IMG/VR virus record: IMGVR_UViG_3300034116_002079
Coordinates: 1-58,222 of that record
DNA length: 58,222 nt
DNA from: a virus
Taxonomy: Duplodnaviria; Caudoviricetes
Strand: one strand, 5' to 3'
In this document: piece by piece, positions 48,681-58,153 of the stretch
How positions within the stretch are numbered: the first letter of the stretch is position 1
Layout: each line of letters starts with the position of its first letter
Translations under genes and position numbers: made by a program
The notes under the pieces: generated by a model
What the model was told of the DNA's origin: nothing
Seen by the model: only the letters and a program-made list of their open reading frames with translations
Database searches by the model: none

Positions 48681-49097
48681 ATGTGGATATTACAATTTTT
48701 ACCAAATTGGATCTTTTACTTAGTACTATTTGTAAGCATAGTAGCATTTTTAGTTACATACTTTGTTAAAATATTACCACAAGCACAACTAATTAAAGTA
48801 GCAAGCGTTGGAGCAGCTTTCTTTAGCATTTATATGATAGGTGCTATTTCAAATAACGACGCTTGGTTAGCCCGTGTCAAAGACTTAGAAGTTAAAGTAG
48901 CGGAAGCGGAAGCTAAATCAGCAACTACTAATACTGAAATTGTGCAGAAAACTCTTGTAAAAACTCAAATTGTAAAAGAACGTGGTCAAGACATAGTTCG
49001 TTACGTAGACCGTGAAGTAGTTAAGTATGATACTACCTGCGTAATACCCAAAGAGTTTGTACAAGCACACAACAAGGCAGCAGAGGCACCAAAATGA
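48681..49097 (+). CDS. Inner-membrane spanin (Rz-like)
   Basis: N-terminal TM segments, coiled coil, C-terminal C.IP..FV..HN.A; overlaps a lipoprotein gene. Confidence 0.7.
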   Translation: MWILQFLPNWIFYLVLFVSIVAFLVTYFVKILPQAQLIKVASVGAAFFSIYMIGAISNNDAWLARVKDLEVKVAEAEAKSATTNTEIVQKTLVKTQIVKERGQDIVRYVDREVVKYDTTCVIPKEFVQAHNKAAEAPK

Positions 49098-49360
49098 AAA
49101 TTTTAGCAATTGCACTAGTTTTATTACTAAGTGCTTGTTCTACAACTGTTCCAGTTACAGCAAAGTTTCCACAAGCGCCGGGAGTTCTGTTACAAGAGCC
49201 ATGCCCTAATCTACAAAAGCTTTCAGAAGATTCAAAGCTGTCAGATGTAGCAAAAATTGTAACAGTTAACTATACGGAATACTATACATGTGCTGTTAAA
49301 CTAGACGCTTGGCAGCGTTGGTATCGCGAACAAAAAATTATTTATGAAGGACTACGTTAA
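49094..49360 (+). CDS. Outer-membrane spanin lipoprotein (Rz1-like)
   Basis: Lipobox LSAC, Pro-rich linker, NY..Y..C...W..W. Confidence 0.75.
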   Translation: MKILAIALVLLLSACSTTVPVTAKFPQAPGVLLQEPCPNLQKLSEDSKLSDVAKIVTVNYTEYYTCAVKLDAWQRWYREQKIIYEGLR

Positions 49361-49974
49361 TGGAATTAACACTAAATCAATTAAAACAAATTGTTGATAA
49401 AAATCCTTATATTGAGTATTGGCATCGCGCACTTGTTAAGCTTTTACCAGAGTACGAGATCAATACTCCACAGCGCATGGCAGCATTTTTAGCGCAGTGT
49501 GCACATGAGTCAGGCGGTTTTCGAGCAATCAAAGAAAACTTAAATTATCGTGCAGTTACCCTTAGGAAGATTTTTCCTAAGTATTTTCCAACAGACGAGA
49601 TGGCAGCTCAGTATGCAAATAAGCCAGAAAAGATTGCGAATTTAGTTTATGCCAATCGCATGGGTAATGGCAGTCCAGAGTCTGGAGACGGCTATCGTTA
49701 CTGTGGTCGTGGTCTTATTCAATTAACTGGCAAAGATAACTACTTTTGGTTTGCTGCCTCATTACAAATTAGTCCAGAAGAAGCTTCCGAATATATGGAA
49801 ACTTTTGAAGGAGCAGCCCAGTCAGCATGCTGGTTCTGGGAAACAAACAATTTAAATCAGTGGGCGGATAAAGATGATATCCTTACCCTAACTAAACGTA
49901 TCAATGGCGGTACTATTGGATTAGAAGATCGTAAAAAACATTATGAACATGCCAAGCATGTATTAGGGGCGTAA
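49360..49974 (+). CDS. Endolysin, glycoside hydrolase family 19
   Basis: AAFLAQCAHESGG, ENLNY, GRGLIQLTG..NY, SACWFW, TKRINGG..GL.DR. Confidence 0.93.
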   Translation: MELTLNQLKQIVDKNPYIEYWHRALVKLLPEYEINTPQRMAAFLAQCAHESGGFRAIKENLNYRAVTLRKIFPKYFPTDEMAAQYANKPEKIANLVYANRMGNGSPESGDGYRYCGRGLIQLTGKDNYFWFAASLQISPEEASEYMETFEGAAQSACWFWETNNLNQWADKDDILTLTKRINGGTIGLEDRKKHYEHAKHVLGA

Positions 49975-49975
49975 T

Positions 49976-51097
49976 ATGGTTAAACAGGTTTTAGCAGCTT
50001 TATTAATAGTAACAGCAGGGAGTGCGAGTGCTCAAACCCTGATTAACCAAGGTACATACGACTCAAAGTCACTGGTAGATACCAATTCTACATCGGTATC
50101 TACCAGCACAGTTAATTCGAATTCAAATACTACTAGTAATTCGAATTCCACTAGTACATCAACAGTTAATAGTAATTCTACAAATACTAATAACAACAAT
50201 AATACTAGTACATCGACTTCAGTAAATACAAATAATAACATCCAGTCAGGAACAGTTACTAATAATAACAACAACGTTCAGTCAGGAACAGTTACTTATA
50301 ACAACAATAATGTTAATTCAGGAACTATGACTTACAATAATAACAATGTAAGTACTTCAGTAAATACCAATAATAACATTAATTCAGGTACAATGACATA
50401 TAATAACAACAATGTCAATACCAGTACCTCAACCTCAACAAACAATAACATTAATACTGGTGATATGACTAATCGTAATATCAATACTTCAACCAGTACT
50501 TCGACTAACAATAACATTCAATCTGGTTCAATGACGAATATTAACCAGAATACCTCAACTGCGGTATCAACAAATACCAACGTTAATCAAAATACAAATG
50601 CCAACACTAATATTAATCAAAATATTAATTCAGGCGAAGTAACTAATCGTAACATTAACGATTCAACAATTACACAACGTGTAATTCAACCGCCTCCAAC
50701 AGCAGTCGCGCCCACAATGATGAGTGGCGGAAATGCTGATTTGTGTTCAACAGGTAGCTCAGGCTCAATTCAAACACAAATCTTTGGCGTGTCAGGCGGT
50801 GGAACAACCCGCGATTTAAACTGCGAACGATTAAAGCTCTCAAAAACACTGTTTGATATGGGCATGAAAGTTGCCGCAGTTGCTACTATGTGTCAAGATC
50901 GTCGCGTATTTGATGCCATGTTAGCCGCTGGCACACCTTGCCCTTATGAAGGCAAAATTGGTGAACAGGCTAAGGCTGCATGGGAAGCAAACCCTGACAA
51001 GTTACCTAAATTAGAAAAAGTGGAGAGATTTGATGACACTGCTAAAAAGATTGGTATCGGTGCTTTGCTTGGCGTTCTTGTTCACAAGTTATTCTAA
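49976..51097 (+). CDS. Exported protein with Asn/Thr/Ser repeats and a 4-Cys C-terminal domain
   Basis: Signal peptide ending ASA-Q; NNNN(I/V)(Q/N)SGT(V/M)T repeats; PPPTA.AP..LC..NCERL..MCQD..TPCP. Confidence 0.75.
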   Translation: MVKQVLAALLIVTAGSASAQTLINQGTYDSKSLVDTNSTSVSTSTVNSNSNTTSNSNSTSTSTVNSNSTNTNNNNNTSTSTSVNTNNNIQSGTVTNNNNNVQSGTVTYNNNNVNSGTMTYNNNNVSTSVNTNNNINSGTMTYNNNNVNTSTSTSTNNNINTGDMTNRNINTSTSTSTNNNIQSGSMTNINQNTSTAVSTNTNVNQNTNANTNINQNINSGEVTNRNINDSTITQRVIQPPPTAVAPTMMSGGNADLCSTGSSGSIQTQIFGVSGGGTTRDLNCERLKLSKTLFDMGMKVAAVATMCQDRRVFDAMLAAGTPCPYEGKIGEQAKAAWEANPDKLPKLEKVERFDDTAKKIGIGALLGVLVHKLF

Positions 51098-52751
51098 TAG
51101 CCAAGAGTTAGTACCAGGTCAAATTTATACTACTGGAAACATTGTTATACCCACAACTACTGCAACTGGTTCAACTTGGACAGGTGCAGTATATCAAGAT
51201 AGTTTAACTTGTTGGGGACAGCCAGGAGATACCGGCTACTGCGGACCTAATGCTATTGTGCGCCCAGGCAATCAACTAAACTTTAGTTATGGTTCTACTT
51301 ATGTTTACCAGCAGCAACACATAAGCACACTGTTGCCAGAATCAACAGGTCTGCAAGTAAATGGCTACAACTTTGGTTTTAGGGCTAAAAATGGTAATGG
51401 TTGGGACGATGGTCGTGTAGACCAACTAACAGCACTGGTAAGATTTTGGGACAACACTGGCGGCAAAGGTGCAAATAATTTACTGTACGGCAACAGCTGG
51501 AATTTAAGTTATAATTATAACTGGACAGATTTTAACTTTTCAGATACTTTTCAAAACCCACTAGCAAAATCTAATGTAGGTTTAGTACAGTATGGGTTTA
51601 TTGGCAAAGACAATAATGGTTGGGCTGGACCTTACGGACCTGAAGTTTACAATGTTAGCTTTTCGGTTAAGTACTCAGTAGATCCTTGTGCTTCAAATCC
51701 GCTTTACTCACCTACTTGCAAAGGCTACTTAGATGCTTTAGCTAAGTTAATGCCAAAAAGTACTACAAATACTCAAGTAGCCTATACACCGCCTCCTGAC
51801 AGTCCAGAGCCTCCTCCGCCTCCTCCAGGGGCACCACCTCCTGCAGGTAGCCCACCGGCTCAAAACGCACAACAACCAACTCAAAGTGGTCCTACACCAC
51901 CTACAGGAGCACCTCCACCACCACAACAAAGTGCACCACAAACTCAAACAGTGGCTAGTGCTCAGCAAGAAAAAACCAGCGGTGGTTCGCCTAATTTAGG
52001 ATTCGCGCTATCACTAATAGCTCGCAATTCAGATCGTGAAAAAGCCATAGCGCAACAAGTAGTAGCTACCGCAGAATCTCAAGCACAAGCAGCTGGAGAC
52101 AAAGCACAGCAAGTAGCTACGGCTACTGCAAGCGCAGCAGTTACGGCAAGTACAGCCAGCGCAGAGACTGGTTTTTCAGGAACGGGAATACAAGTTTCAA
52201 GTTCTTCAACTAGATCAAATACTGTTATTAATGCTAGTGTACAGCAATCAACCAGTAGCATAACACAAAATCTGCAAAGCTATAGTGCGGTATCAAACAC
52301 TCAGCAATCAGCAATGTTGCAGCTATTAACACCAGCAAACATTGAACAAATACAAAGCACACAAAATTATTCAATTTTTAGTGTGCAGGAATATCGTCAG
52401 CAAGAAACAGAACAAGTTGCACAAACTGTTAACTTTTTAACTGACTTAAACAATCCACTTAGGCAAATCTTGGACGCTCAACCGTTTCAGCAACAGCAAC
52501 AAGATCAACCTCAGCAAACTCGAAATCGTGACACTGCTCCCAACGAATTGGCAGTAGGTGTTAATTTAGCACAAATGGCAACACAACCGCAAGGTTATGC
52601 TACCTACTTAAACGTTGCACTCAAAGATGCACAATTTTATGAACCACGGGAAGTTTACAAAAACCAAACAGTTGTGGACAATGTCAGAGTTTTACGCGGT
52701 TTAGGGTCGGATCAAAAGCATCGAGACTTAGTAAACCTGCAATACAAATAG
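51033..52751 (+). CDS. Exported protein with beta-sandwich domain, Pro-rich linker and Gln/Ala-rich tail
   Basis: Signal-peptide-like N-terminus, aromatic-rich domain, DPC..NPL.SPTC, poly-Pro tract. Confidence 0.7.
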   Translation: MTLLKRLVSVLCLAFLFTSYSNSQELVPGQIYTTGNIVIPTTTATGSTWTGAVYQDSLTCWGQPGDTGYCGPNAIVRPGNQLNFSYGSTYVYQQQHISTLLPESTGLQVNGYNFGFRAKNGNGWDDGRVDQLTALVRFWDNTGGKGANNLLYGNSWNLSYNYNWTDFNFSDTFQNPLAKSNVGLVQYGFIGKDNNGWAGPYGPEVYNVSFSVKYSVDPCASNPLYSPTCKGYLDALAKLMPKSTTNTQVAYTPPPDSPEPPPPPPGAPPPAGSPPAQNAQQPTQSGPTPPTGAPPPPQQSAPQTQTVASAQQEKTSGGSPNLGFALSLIARNSDREKAIAQQVVATAESQAQAAGDKAQQVATATASAAVTASTASAETGFSGTGIQVSSSSTRSNTVINASVQQSTSSITQNLQSYSAVSNTQQSAMLQLLTPANIEQIQSTQNYSIFSVQEYRQQETEQVAQTVNFLTDLNNPLRQILDAQPFQQQQQDQPQQTRNRDTAPNELAVGVNLAQMATQPQGYATYLNVALKDAQFYEPREVYKNQTVVDNVRVLRGLGSDQKHRDLVNLQYK

Positions 52752-52759
52752 GAGTTAGT

Positions 52760-53338
52760 ATGGCAGAAGATTTAAACAAAAAAGTTGATGAGCTAGAAGC
52801 AGCAGCTAAAAAATATGCTTCAAAAGACACCGTTATTAGCATTGGCGGATATGAGTTTACACCAGCTAAACTAATGGTCGCGTTTACAATTGTAAGCTCT
52901 AGCTTAGGTGGTTTGTATGGTACGTTTGAGATATACAAAGACTATACCGGCATGAAAAAGAAGATTGCCGCATATGAAGCACCTGATTTATCAGAGTTTG
53001 ACAAGCGGTTAGCAGTTATTGAGGAAAATAGTGCTAAGACTTCGGACTATACGCGTGATATTAAAACAGACTTAAAGAATGACTTACGCCGCAACGAATC
53101 CGTCACAGAACAAGTTGAGCGTAGTGTTAAAGTGGCACAGCGTGAAACAGAAGCAGAAATGCGCGATATGCGTAAAGCTGTACGTGAGGATTTGGAAAAA
53201 GCTCGCAATGAAGCCAATGTTATTCGTAAAGAAATGGCCGAAGCACGTAGAGAAATTGAACGTGAAGTAGTTCAGCTGAAAAAAGAAGTTGATTCAAAAA
53301 TACAGAAAGCTATTGATAACCCTTTAGCCAACAAGTAA
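52760..53338 (+). CDS. Membrane-anchored coiled-coil protein
   Basis: TM segment around residues 38-57, long heptad repeat, NPLA end; AGGAG RBS. Confidence 0.7.
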   Translation: MAEDLNKKVDELEAAAKKYASKDTVISIGGYEFTPAKLMVAFTIVSSSLGGLYGTFEIYKDYTGMKKKIAAYEAPDLSEFDKRLAVIEENSAKTSDYTRDIKTDLKNDLRRNESVTEQVERSVKVAQRETEAEMRDMRKAVREDLEKARNEANVIRKEMAEARREIEREVVQLKKEVDSKIQKAIDNPLANK

Positions 53339-53466
53339 TGGCTACTATATTACTTACCTTTGTACTAGGATATACTAAACCAGAGTACGAATGTGTACGC
53401 TGGACGTGGTCTGGTGATGTATACAACAGAAAAGTAATCTGTTTAGAGTGGAGGAAGAAAAAATGA
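53338..53466 (+). CDS. 42 aa peptide (MATILLTFVLG..ECVRWTWSGDVYNRKVICLEWRKKK), not in the ORF track
   Basis: Fills the gap exactly, with TAATG and ATGA overlaps. Confidence 0.7.
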   Translation: MATILLTFVLGYTKPEYECVRWTWSGDVYNRKVICLEWRKKK

Positions 53467-53960
53467 TAGATCCAATGACCGCAATAGCGGGCATACAAAC
53501 TGCTATTTCAATGGTTAAAAAGGCCAGCGCAGTTGCCAATGACTTAGGCTCTCTTGCTCCTATGATCGGCAAAATGTTTGATGCTAAAAGTGTTGCTACA
53601 AAAGCTCTAATGGAAGCTAAAGCGTCTAAAAAAGGCTCAAACATGGGTGCGGCTCTACAGATAGAAATGGCAATAGAACAAGCCAGGGCGTTTGAAGAAG
53701 AACTTAAAATGCTATTTATGCAGACTGGTAAAATAGATGTATGGATGAAGATTAAAGCTCGTCAGGCAGAAATGGATGCGGACGATGCTAACCAAGCAAG
53801 ACTTCTTAATGCTCAAGCGCGTAAACGCAAACAAAGAGAAAAAGAATTAAATGAATTTGCTATAGTTATCGGTGTTACGGCTTTTATTGCGTTTTTATTC
53901 TTTATAGGTCTTTATGAGTTAGCAGAGTTCTGTCAAACAAGTAATAGGTGTGGCCGATGA
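53463..53960 (+). CDS. Coiled-coil protein with C-terminal TM
   Basis: MIDPMTAIAG start after GGAGG RBS; hydrophobic C-terminal helix. Confidence 0.7.
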   Translation: MIDPMTAIAGIQTAISMVKKASAVANDLGSLAPMIGKMFDAKSVATKALMEAKASKKGSNMGAALQIEMAIEQARAFEEELKMLFMQTGKIDVWMKIKARQAEMDADDANQARLLNAQARKRKQREKELNEFAIVIGVTAFIAFLFFIGLYELAEFCQTSNRCGR

Positions 53961-54106
53961 ACGAGTATCAAAAAACAGCCGATTTGTGCTTTAAAATATT
54001 TACTTACGGAGCAGTAGCTCTTTATGCTTTAGGTTTTTTAAAGTTTTTACCAAACGATTTATCAGATAAAATCGTTAACTTATTACTAGGAAAAATAGGG
54101 CTATAA
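53957..54106 (+). CDS. 49 aa membrane peptide (MNEYQKTADLCFKIF...), not in the ORF track
   Basis: ATGA overlap upstream; stop abuts ATG 54107; one hydrophobic segment. Confidence 0.7.
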   Translation: MNEYQKTADLCFKIFTYGAVALYALGFLKFLPNDLSDKIVNLLLGKIGL

Positions 54107-54412
54107 ATGCATAATGATTTAAAATTATTTAAATGGGCAATAGTCTTGCTATCAATACCTGTAGCTTTAGCATTTTTTGGCAAAGACAGCTTTAGGTATC
54201 CTTGCCAAGACCCTGCAAACTGGGACAAAGACTTTTGTAAAATGCCTGTATGTGATGTAACAAGAACTTGCCCAGAACATATTTTTAAAGGCCAGCGTGA
54301 TCCAAGACTAGGACCTCCAAAAGATGGACAAACTCAAACAACTAATCAGTCATTTGCACCAACGAATGCGTGCACACCTCAACAAACACAAGGAGCTAAC
54401 TGTGGAAAGTAA
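54107..54412 (+). CDS. Membrane-anchored Cys-rich protein
   Basis: TM then FRYPCQDPANW..C..P.C....CPE. Confidence 0.7.
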   Translation: MHNDLKLFKWAIVLLSIPVALAFFGKDSFRYPCQDPANWDKDFCKMPVCDVTRTCPEHIFKGQRDPRLGPPKDGQTQTTNQSFAPTNACTPQQTQGANCGK

Positions 54413-54857
54413 CTCAATTATCTATACTGAAGATCAGTTAATGGCGCGCCTAAAATTCTTTATTGGCATTTGCCTGGCGCTTACACTAACTGGCATTGTG
54501 TTTGTGGTTTTATACTCAATTATTTTTATTACTCAGCCATTAAACGCTATCAGCCCTATTGATCAGAAATTTTTTGAGATGATTATTCCAATTGCTACCT
54601 TCTTAACAGGTACTTTATCAGGGATTATGTTAGCTGGCGGTAGCAAAGAAGAAATGGAAATGAAACGGGACATGATTAAGCAAGCACAAGAAAATTCAAA
54701 TACTTATGCTAAAGCGAATCCTGTTAAAATTGAACCATCATTTAATCCAGGTTTGTCAACAACTCAAGGATTTAACGGCACTAGTGCAGCGCCTACAGGT
54801 ATTACCTATATTAACGGTAAGCCCGCTCCTATGCAGGCACCTCATCCGGAGATTTAA
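54402..54857 (+). CDS. Two-TM membrane protein
   Basis: GTG start after AGGAG; two hydrophobic helices, the second with GTLSGIML. Confidence 0.7.
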   Translation: MESNSIIYTEDQLMARLKFFIGICLALTLTGIVFVVLYSIIFITQPLNAISPIDQKFFEMIIPIATFLTGTLSGIMLAGGSKEEMEMKRDMIKQAQENSNTYAKANPVKIEPSFNPGLSTTQGFNGTSAAPTGITYINGKPAPMQAPHPEI

Positions 54858-55076
54858 ATGAATAGCTTAAAGACCATGCTATCACAAGACCCAGCTATTA
54901 GCAGCAAGCGAGTAATTACTTTTTTAGCATTTTTACTATGTGCTGCAGCTTTTATAGCAATGATACTTGGTCACCAAATAGATACAAAACTATTTGATTC
55001 TATGATGTATATAGTTATTGTGGGATTAGGATTTACAGCAAGCGAAAAGTTTGCATCAACTAAGGAAACTAAATGA
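54858..55076 (+). CDS. Small two-TM protein, holin candidate
   Basis: SSKRV + TM1, TM2 + charged EKF..KETK tail. Confidence 0.55.
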   Translation: MNSLKTMLSQDPAISSKRVITFLAFLLCAAAFIAMILGHQIDTKLFDSMMYIVIVGLGFTASEKFASTKETK

Positions 55077-55300
55077 AAAAATTATTTTGGGCAGTATGTG
55101 TAGTTGCGGGTTTTGCATTTCCAGCGTGGAACAATTTAGCATACGCTGAAGCACAAACCAAAAAAGTCTGTAAAGAAAAAACAGACAAAGCAGGCAAACC
55201 TATTTTAGATAAAGCAGGCAAGCCGCAAGAAGAGTGCAAAACTATTAAAATTCACGAAAAACTTGAAGGCACTAAAGTCGACGACGCCAAGAAGAAGTAA
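55073..55300 (+). CDS. Small exported Lys-rich protein with a Cys pair
   Basis: Signal peptide ending AYA; KKVC..DKAGKP x2..ECK. Confidence 0.65.
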   Translation: MKKLFWAVCVVAGFAFPAWNNLAYAEAQTKKVCKEKTDKAGKPILDKAGKPQEECKTIKIHEKLEGTKVDDAKKK

Positions 55301-55308
55301 ATTTATAT

Positions 55309-55337
55309 TTGACAAGCATACCTAGGTCTGCTATAAT
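55309..55337 (+). promoter_or_regulatory. sigma70-type promoter for phoH
   Basis: TTGACA-N17-TATAAT with TGn extension. Confidence 0.85.
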
Positions 55338-55379
55338 ATAAATTGGCAGACCGATTTTATCAACCTTACAAGGAAGTTT

Positions 55380-56066
55380 ATGGCAAGTGGTAAAAGAGCA
55401 AGACGTGACAATGTAATTCAATTGGAACGTAACCCGGTGGAGTATGGTTTTGCAGATGTAAAACCTTTAAACTTTATACAAGGCGAGTACCTAAGAGCAA
55501 TTCAATCTAATCAAATCGTATTTGGTGTAGGAAGTGCTGGAACAGGTAAAACGTATGTAGCAGCAACATATGCAGCGGGAGAACTCTTTCATAGACGTAT
55601 TCAGAAGATAGTTCTGACTAGACCCAACGTAGAAACAGGACGTGGGCTAGGATTTTTACCAGGTACATTAGAGGAGAAATATGCTCCCTATCTAGAGCCC
55701 TTTGATAACGTGTTTACTCGATGCCTTGGAAAAGGTTTTTATGAGTACGCATTAAAAGCAAAAACAATTGAGCCTAAACCACTGGGCTTTATGCGAGGTG
55801 CAACTTTTGATAATTGCATCGTTCTTTTAGATGAAGCACAAAATGCTACCAAAGAAGAAATGAAAATGCTGTTATCGCGGATTGGTAAAAACTGTAAAAT
55901 GATTATTTCAGGAGATGTAGATCAAGCTGATATTCCCGATTCAGGATTATCAGATGCAATTCATCGTTTAGATCATATTCCAGATATTGAAGTTGTCCGA
56001 TTCATGGACGACGATATTGTCAGATCTAAAATGTGTAAACAAATTATTTTAGCTTATAGAGATTAA
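55380..56066 (+). CDS. phoH: PhoH family ATPase
   Basis: GSAGTGKT, LTRP, LGFLPG, FMRGATF, DEAQN, GD..Q.D, DIVRS. Confidence 0.95.
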   Translation: MASGKRARRDNVIQLERNPVEYGFADVKPLNFIQGEYLRAIQSNQIVFGVGSAGTGKTYVAATYAAGELFHRRIQKIVLTRPNVETGRGLGFLPGTLEEKYAPYLEPFDNVFTRCLGKGFYEYALKAKTIEPKPLGFMRGATFDNCIVLLDEAQNATKEEMKMLLSRIGKNCKMIISGDVDQADIPDSGLSDAIHRLDHIPDIEVVRFMDDDIVRSKMCKQIILAYRD

Positions 56067-56068
56067 CA

Positions 56069-56704
56069 ATGGCAAAGACATATAAACCAACATCAGGTAT
56101 GGCAAGTGCAGCCAAACGTGCACTAAAATGGAAAGAAGAAGGTGAGCCAGGCGGTACACTAGTTGGTTTAGCACGAGCCAATCAACTAAAAGATCGCGAA
56201 CCGCTATCAGCGTCAACTGTGCTACGAATGTATAGTTTTTTCAGTCGACACGAAGTGGATAAACAAGCTACTGGTTTTAATAGTGGCGAAGAAGGTTTTC
56301 CAAGCAAAGGTCGTGTTGCCTGGGACTTGTGGGGCGGAAATGGCGGATATTCTTGGAGTACCGCCAAGCGCAACCAAATTATGCGTGAACGAGAAAGCAA
56401 AGCCCTACATTTAGTTAAATTAACTGAAAAAGGCATTGTACCTAAAGTTGACCGTATGGTAGCCGCACAAGTAATTGAAAACTATGCAAACCAAAACATT
56501 AGTGAAGACTTAGAAGCATTTGGTCAGTTTATGTACCATGCTGAATTATTACGAAATGATCATTTAGATGTATACTTAGTAGATTTGCACATGGTAGACC
56601 AACCTTATCGTGATATGCTAGTTAATGTATTTAGTGAGCTTGATAGCATGGATGGTGACAACACCATTGATGACGAAGACAGCTACGAAGATACTCCAAC
56701 ATAA
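56069..56704 (+). CDS. Hypothetical phage protein
   Basis: 211 aa ORF 2 nt after phoH; RMYSFFSRHEVDK..PS.GRVAW.LWGG domain plus an acidic tail. Confidence 0.65.
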   Translation: MAKTYKPTSGMASAAKRALKWKEEGEPGGTLVGLARANQLKDREPLSASTVLRMYSFFSRHEVDKQATGFNSGEEGFPSKGRVAWDLWGGNGGYSWSTAKRNQIMRERESKALHLVKLTEKGIVPKVDRMVAAQVIENYANQNISEDLEAFGQFMYHAELLRNDHLDVYLVDLHMVDQPYRDMLVNVFSELDSMDGDNTIDDEDSYEDTPT

Positions 56705-56706
56705 AG

Positions 56707-56741
56707 AAAAAGCCCCGTATATTGCTATACGGGGCTTTTTT
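56707..56741. terminator. Bidirectional intrinsic terminator
   Basis: AAAAAGCCCCGTATA..TATACGGGGCTTTTTT between convergent genes. Confidence 0.9.
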
Positions 56742-56742
56742 G

Positions 56743-57369
<627 letters not shown>

Positions 57370-57373
57370 TTAT

Positions 57374-57407
57374 AAAAAAAGCCCCACAACTTGTGGCTGT
57401 GAGGCTT
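57374..57407 (-). terminator. Intrinsic terminator after the Gly-rich gene
   Basis: Minus strand AAGCCTCACAG..TTGTGGGGCTTTTTTT. Confidence 0.75.
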
Positions 57408-57424
57408 GTTAAACACATTAAATA

Positions 57425-58153
57425 TTAGCGGATGCTAGTATTTGTGTTTGTTGGGTTAGCTGTCAATGTACCTGAACCAACATTAATTGCACCATTGGTA
57501 ATGTTTTGACCTAAGCCATAGATTAACTGTGCCAAATGTGAGTATTGAGCTTGTTGCTGAGATTGTTGTTGCATCTGGTTGATGTTATTGGTATTTGTAA
57601 GAGTAATACCGCTAGTAGCTGCATCAAGAGCTGAACGGCTTCTCAGTGCAATAATTTCTGCGTTTGCATCACCAAGTTGACGATTCAATGTAGCTTCGTA
57701 CTGTGCAACGATCAGTGCACGAGTTCTGTCTCCATCAGCAGCAATATCTTTAGCTAACTCGTAACGGTTTTCCATTACGTTCTGATTAACATCAGCAATA
57801 CGTGTAGCTAAACTAGATGTAGTGTTGTTTAATTGGTTTGTAAGACCTAAGCTTTGATTAGCTTGTGACGCTTCAAAAGTTGCAGCATTTACTGCTACTG
57901 ATTTGTCTACCATACCAATAGCTTGCATTAAGCTCATATTAGCTGTTACTTGCTCAGGAGGGCTACGTAGCATTGCTCCAGCAGCGCCAGCGCCGTCACC
58001 ACCACCGCCAAAAAGTCCGCCATTACCTTGGCGCAACAGACTGCCCAAGATCAATCCACCGATCAATCCACCACCGCCGCCACCGCCAAAAAGTCCGTCA
58101 CCGCCACCGCCACCCATCATCATTGGGATTGTGGGAGTCATAATATCTGCCAT
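57425..58153 (-). CDS. Gly-rich, hydrophobic-segment, coiled-coil and Gln/Asn-rich protein
   Basis: Start moved to MADIMT (AAAGGA RBS); poly-Gly flanking GLIGGLILGSLL; DGDRTRALI coiled coil. Confidence 0.7.
   Translation of the reverse strand: MADIMTPTIPMMMGGGGGDGLFGGGGGGGLIGGLILGSLLRQGNGGLFGGGGDGAGAAGAMLRSPPEQVTANMSLMQAIGMVDKSVAVNAATFEASQANQSLGLTNQLNNTTSSLATRIADVNQNVMENRYELAKDIAADGDRTRALIVAQYEATLNRQLGDANAEIIALRSRSALDAATSGITLTNTNNINQMQQQSQQQAQYSHLAQLIYGLGQNITNGAINVGSGTLTANPTNTNTSIR

Noticed and set aside
50090-50660. Repeats such as CAGTCAGGAACAGTTACT considered as a CRISPR-like or ncRNA array
   Set aside because: In-frame, degenerate at third positions and without unique spacers; they are protein repeats
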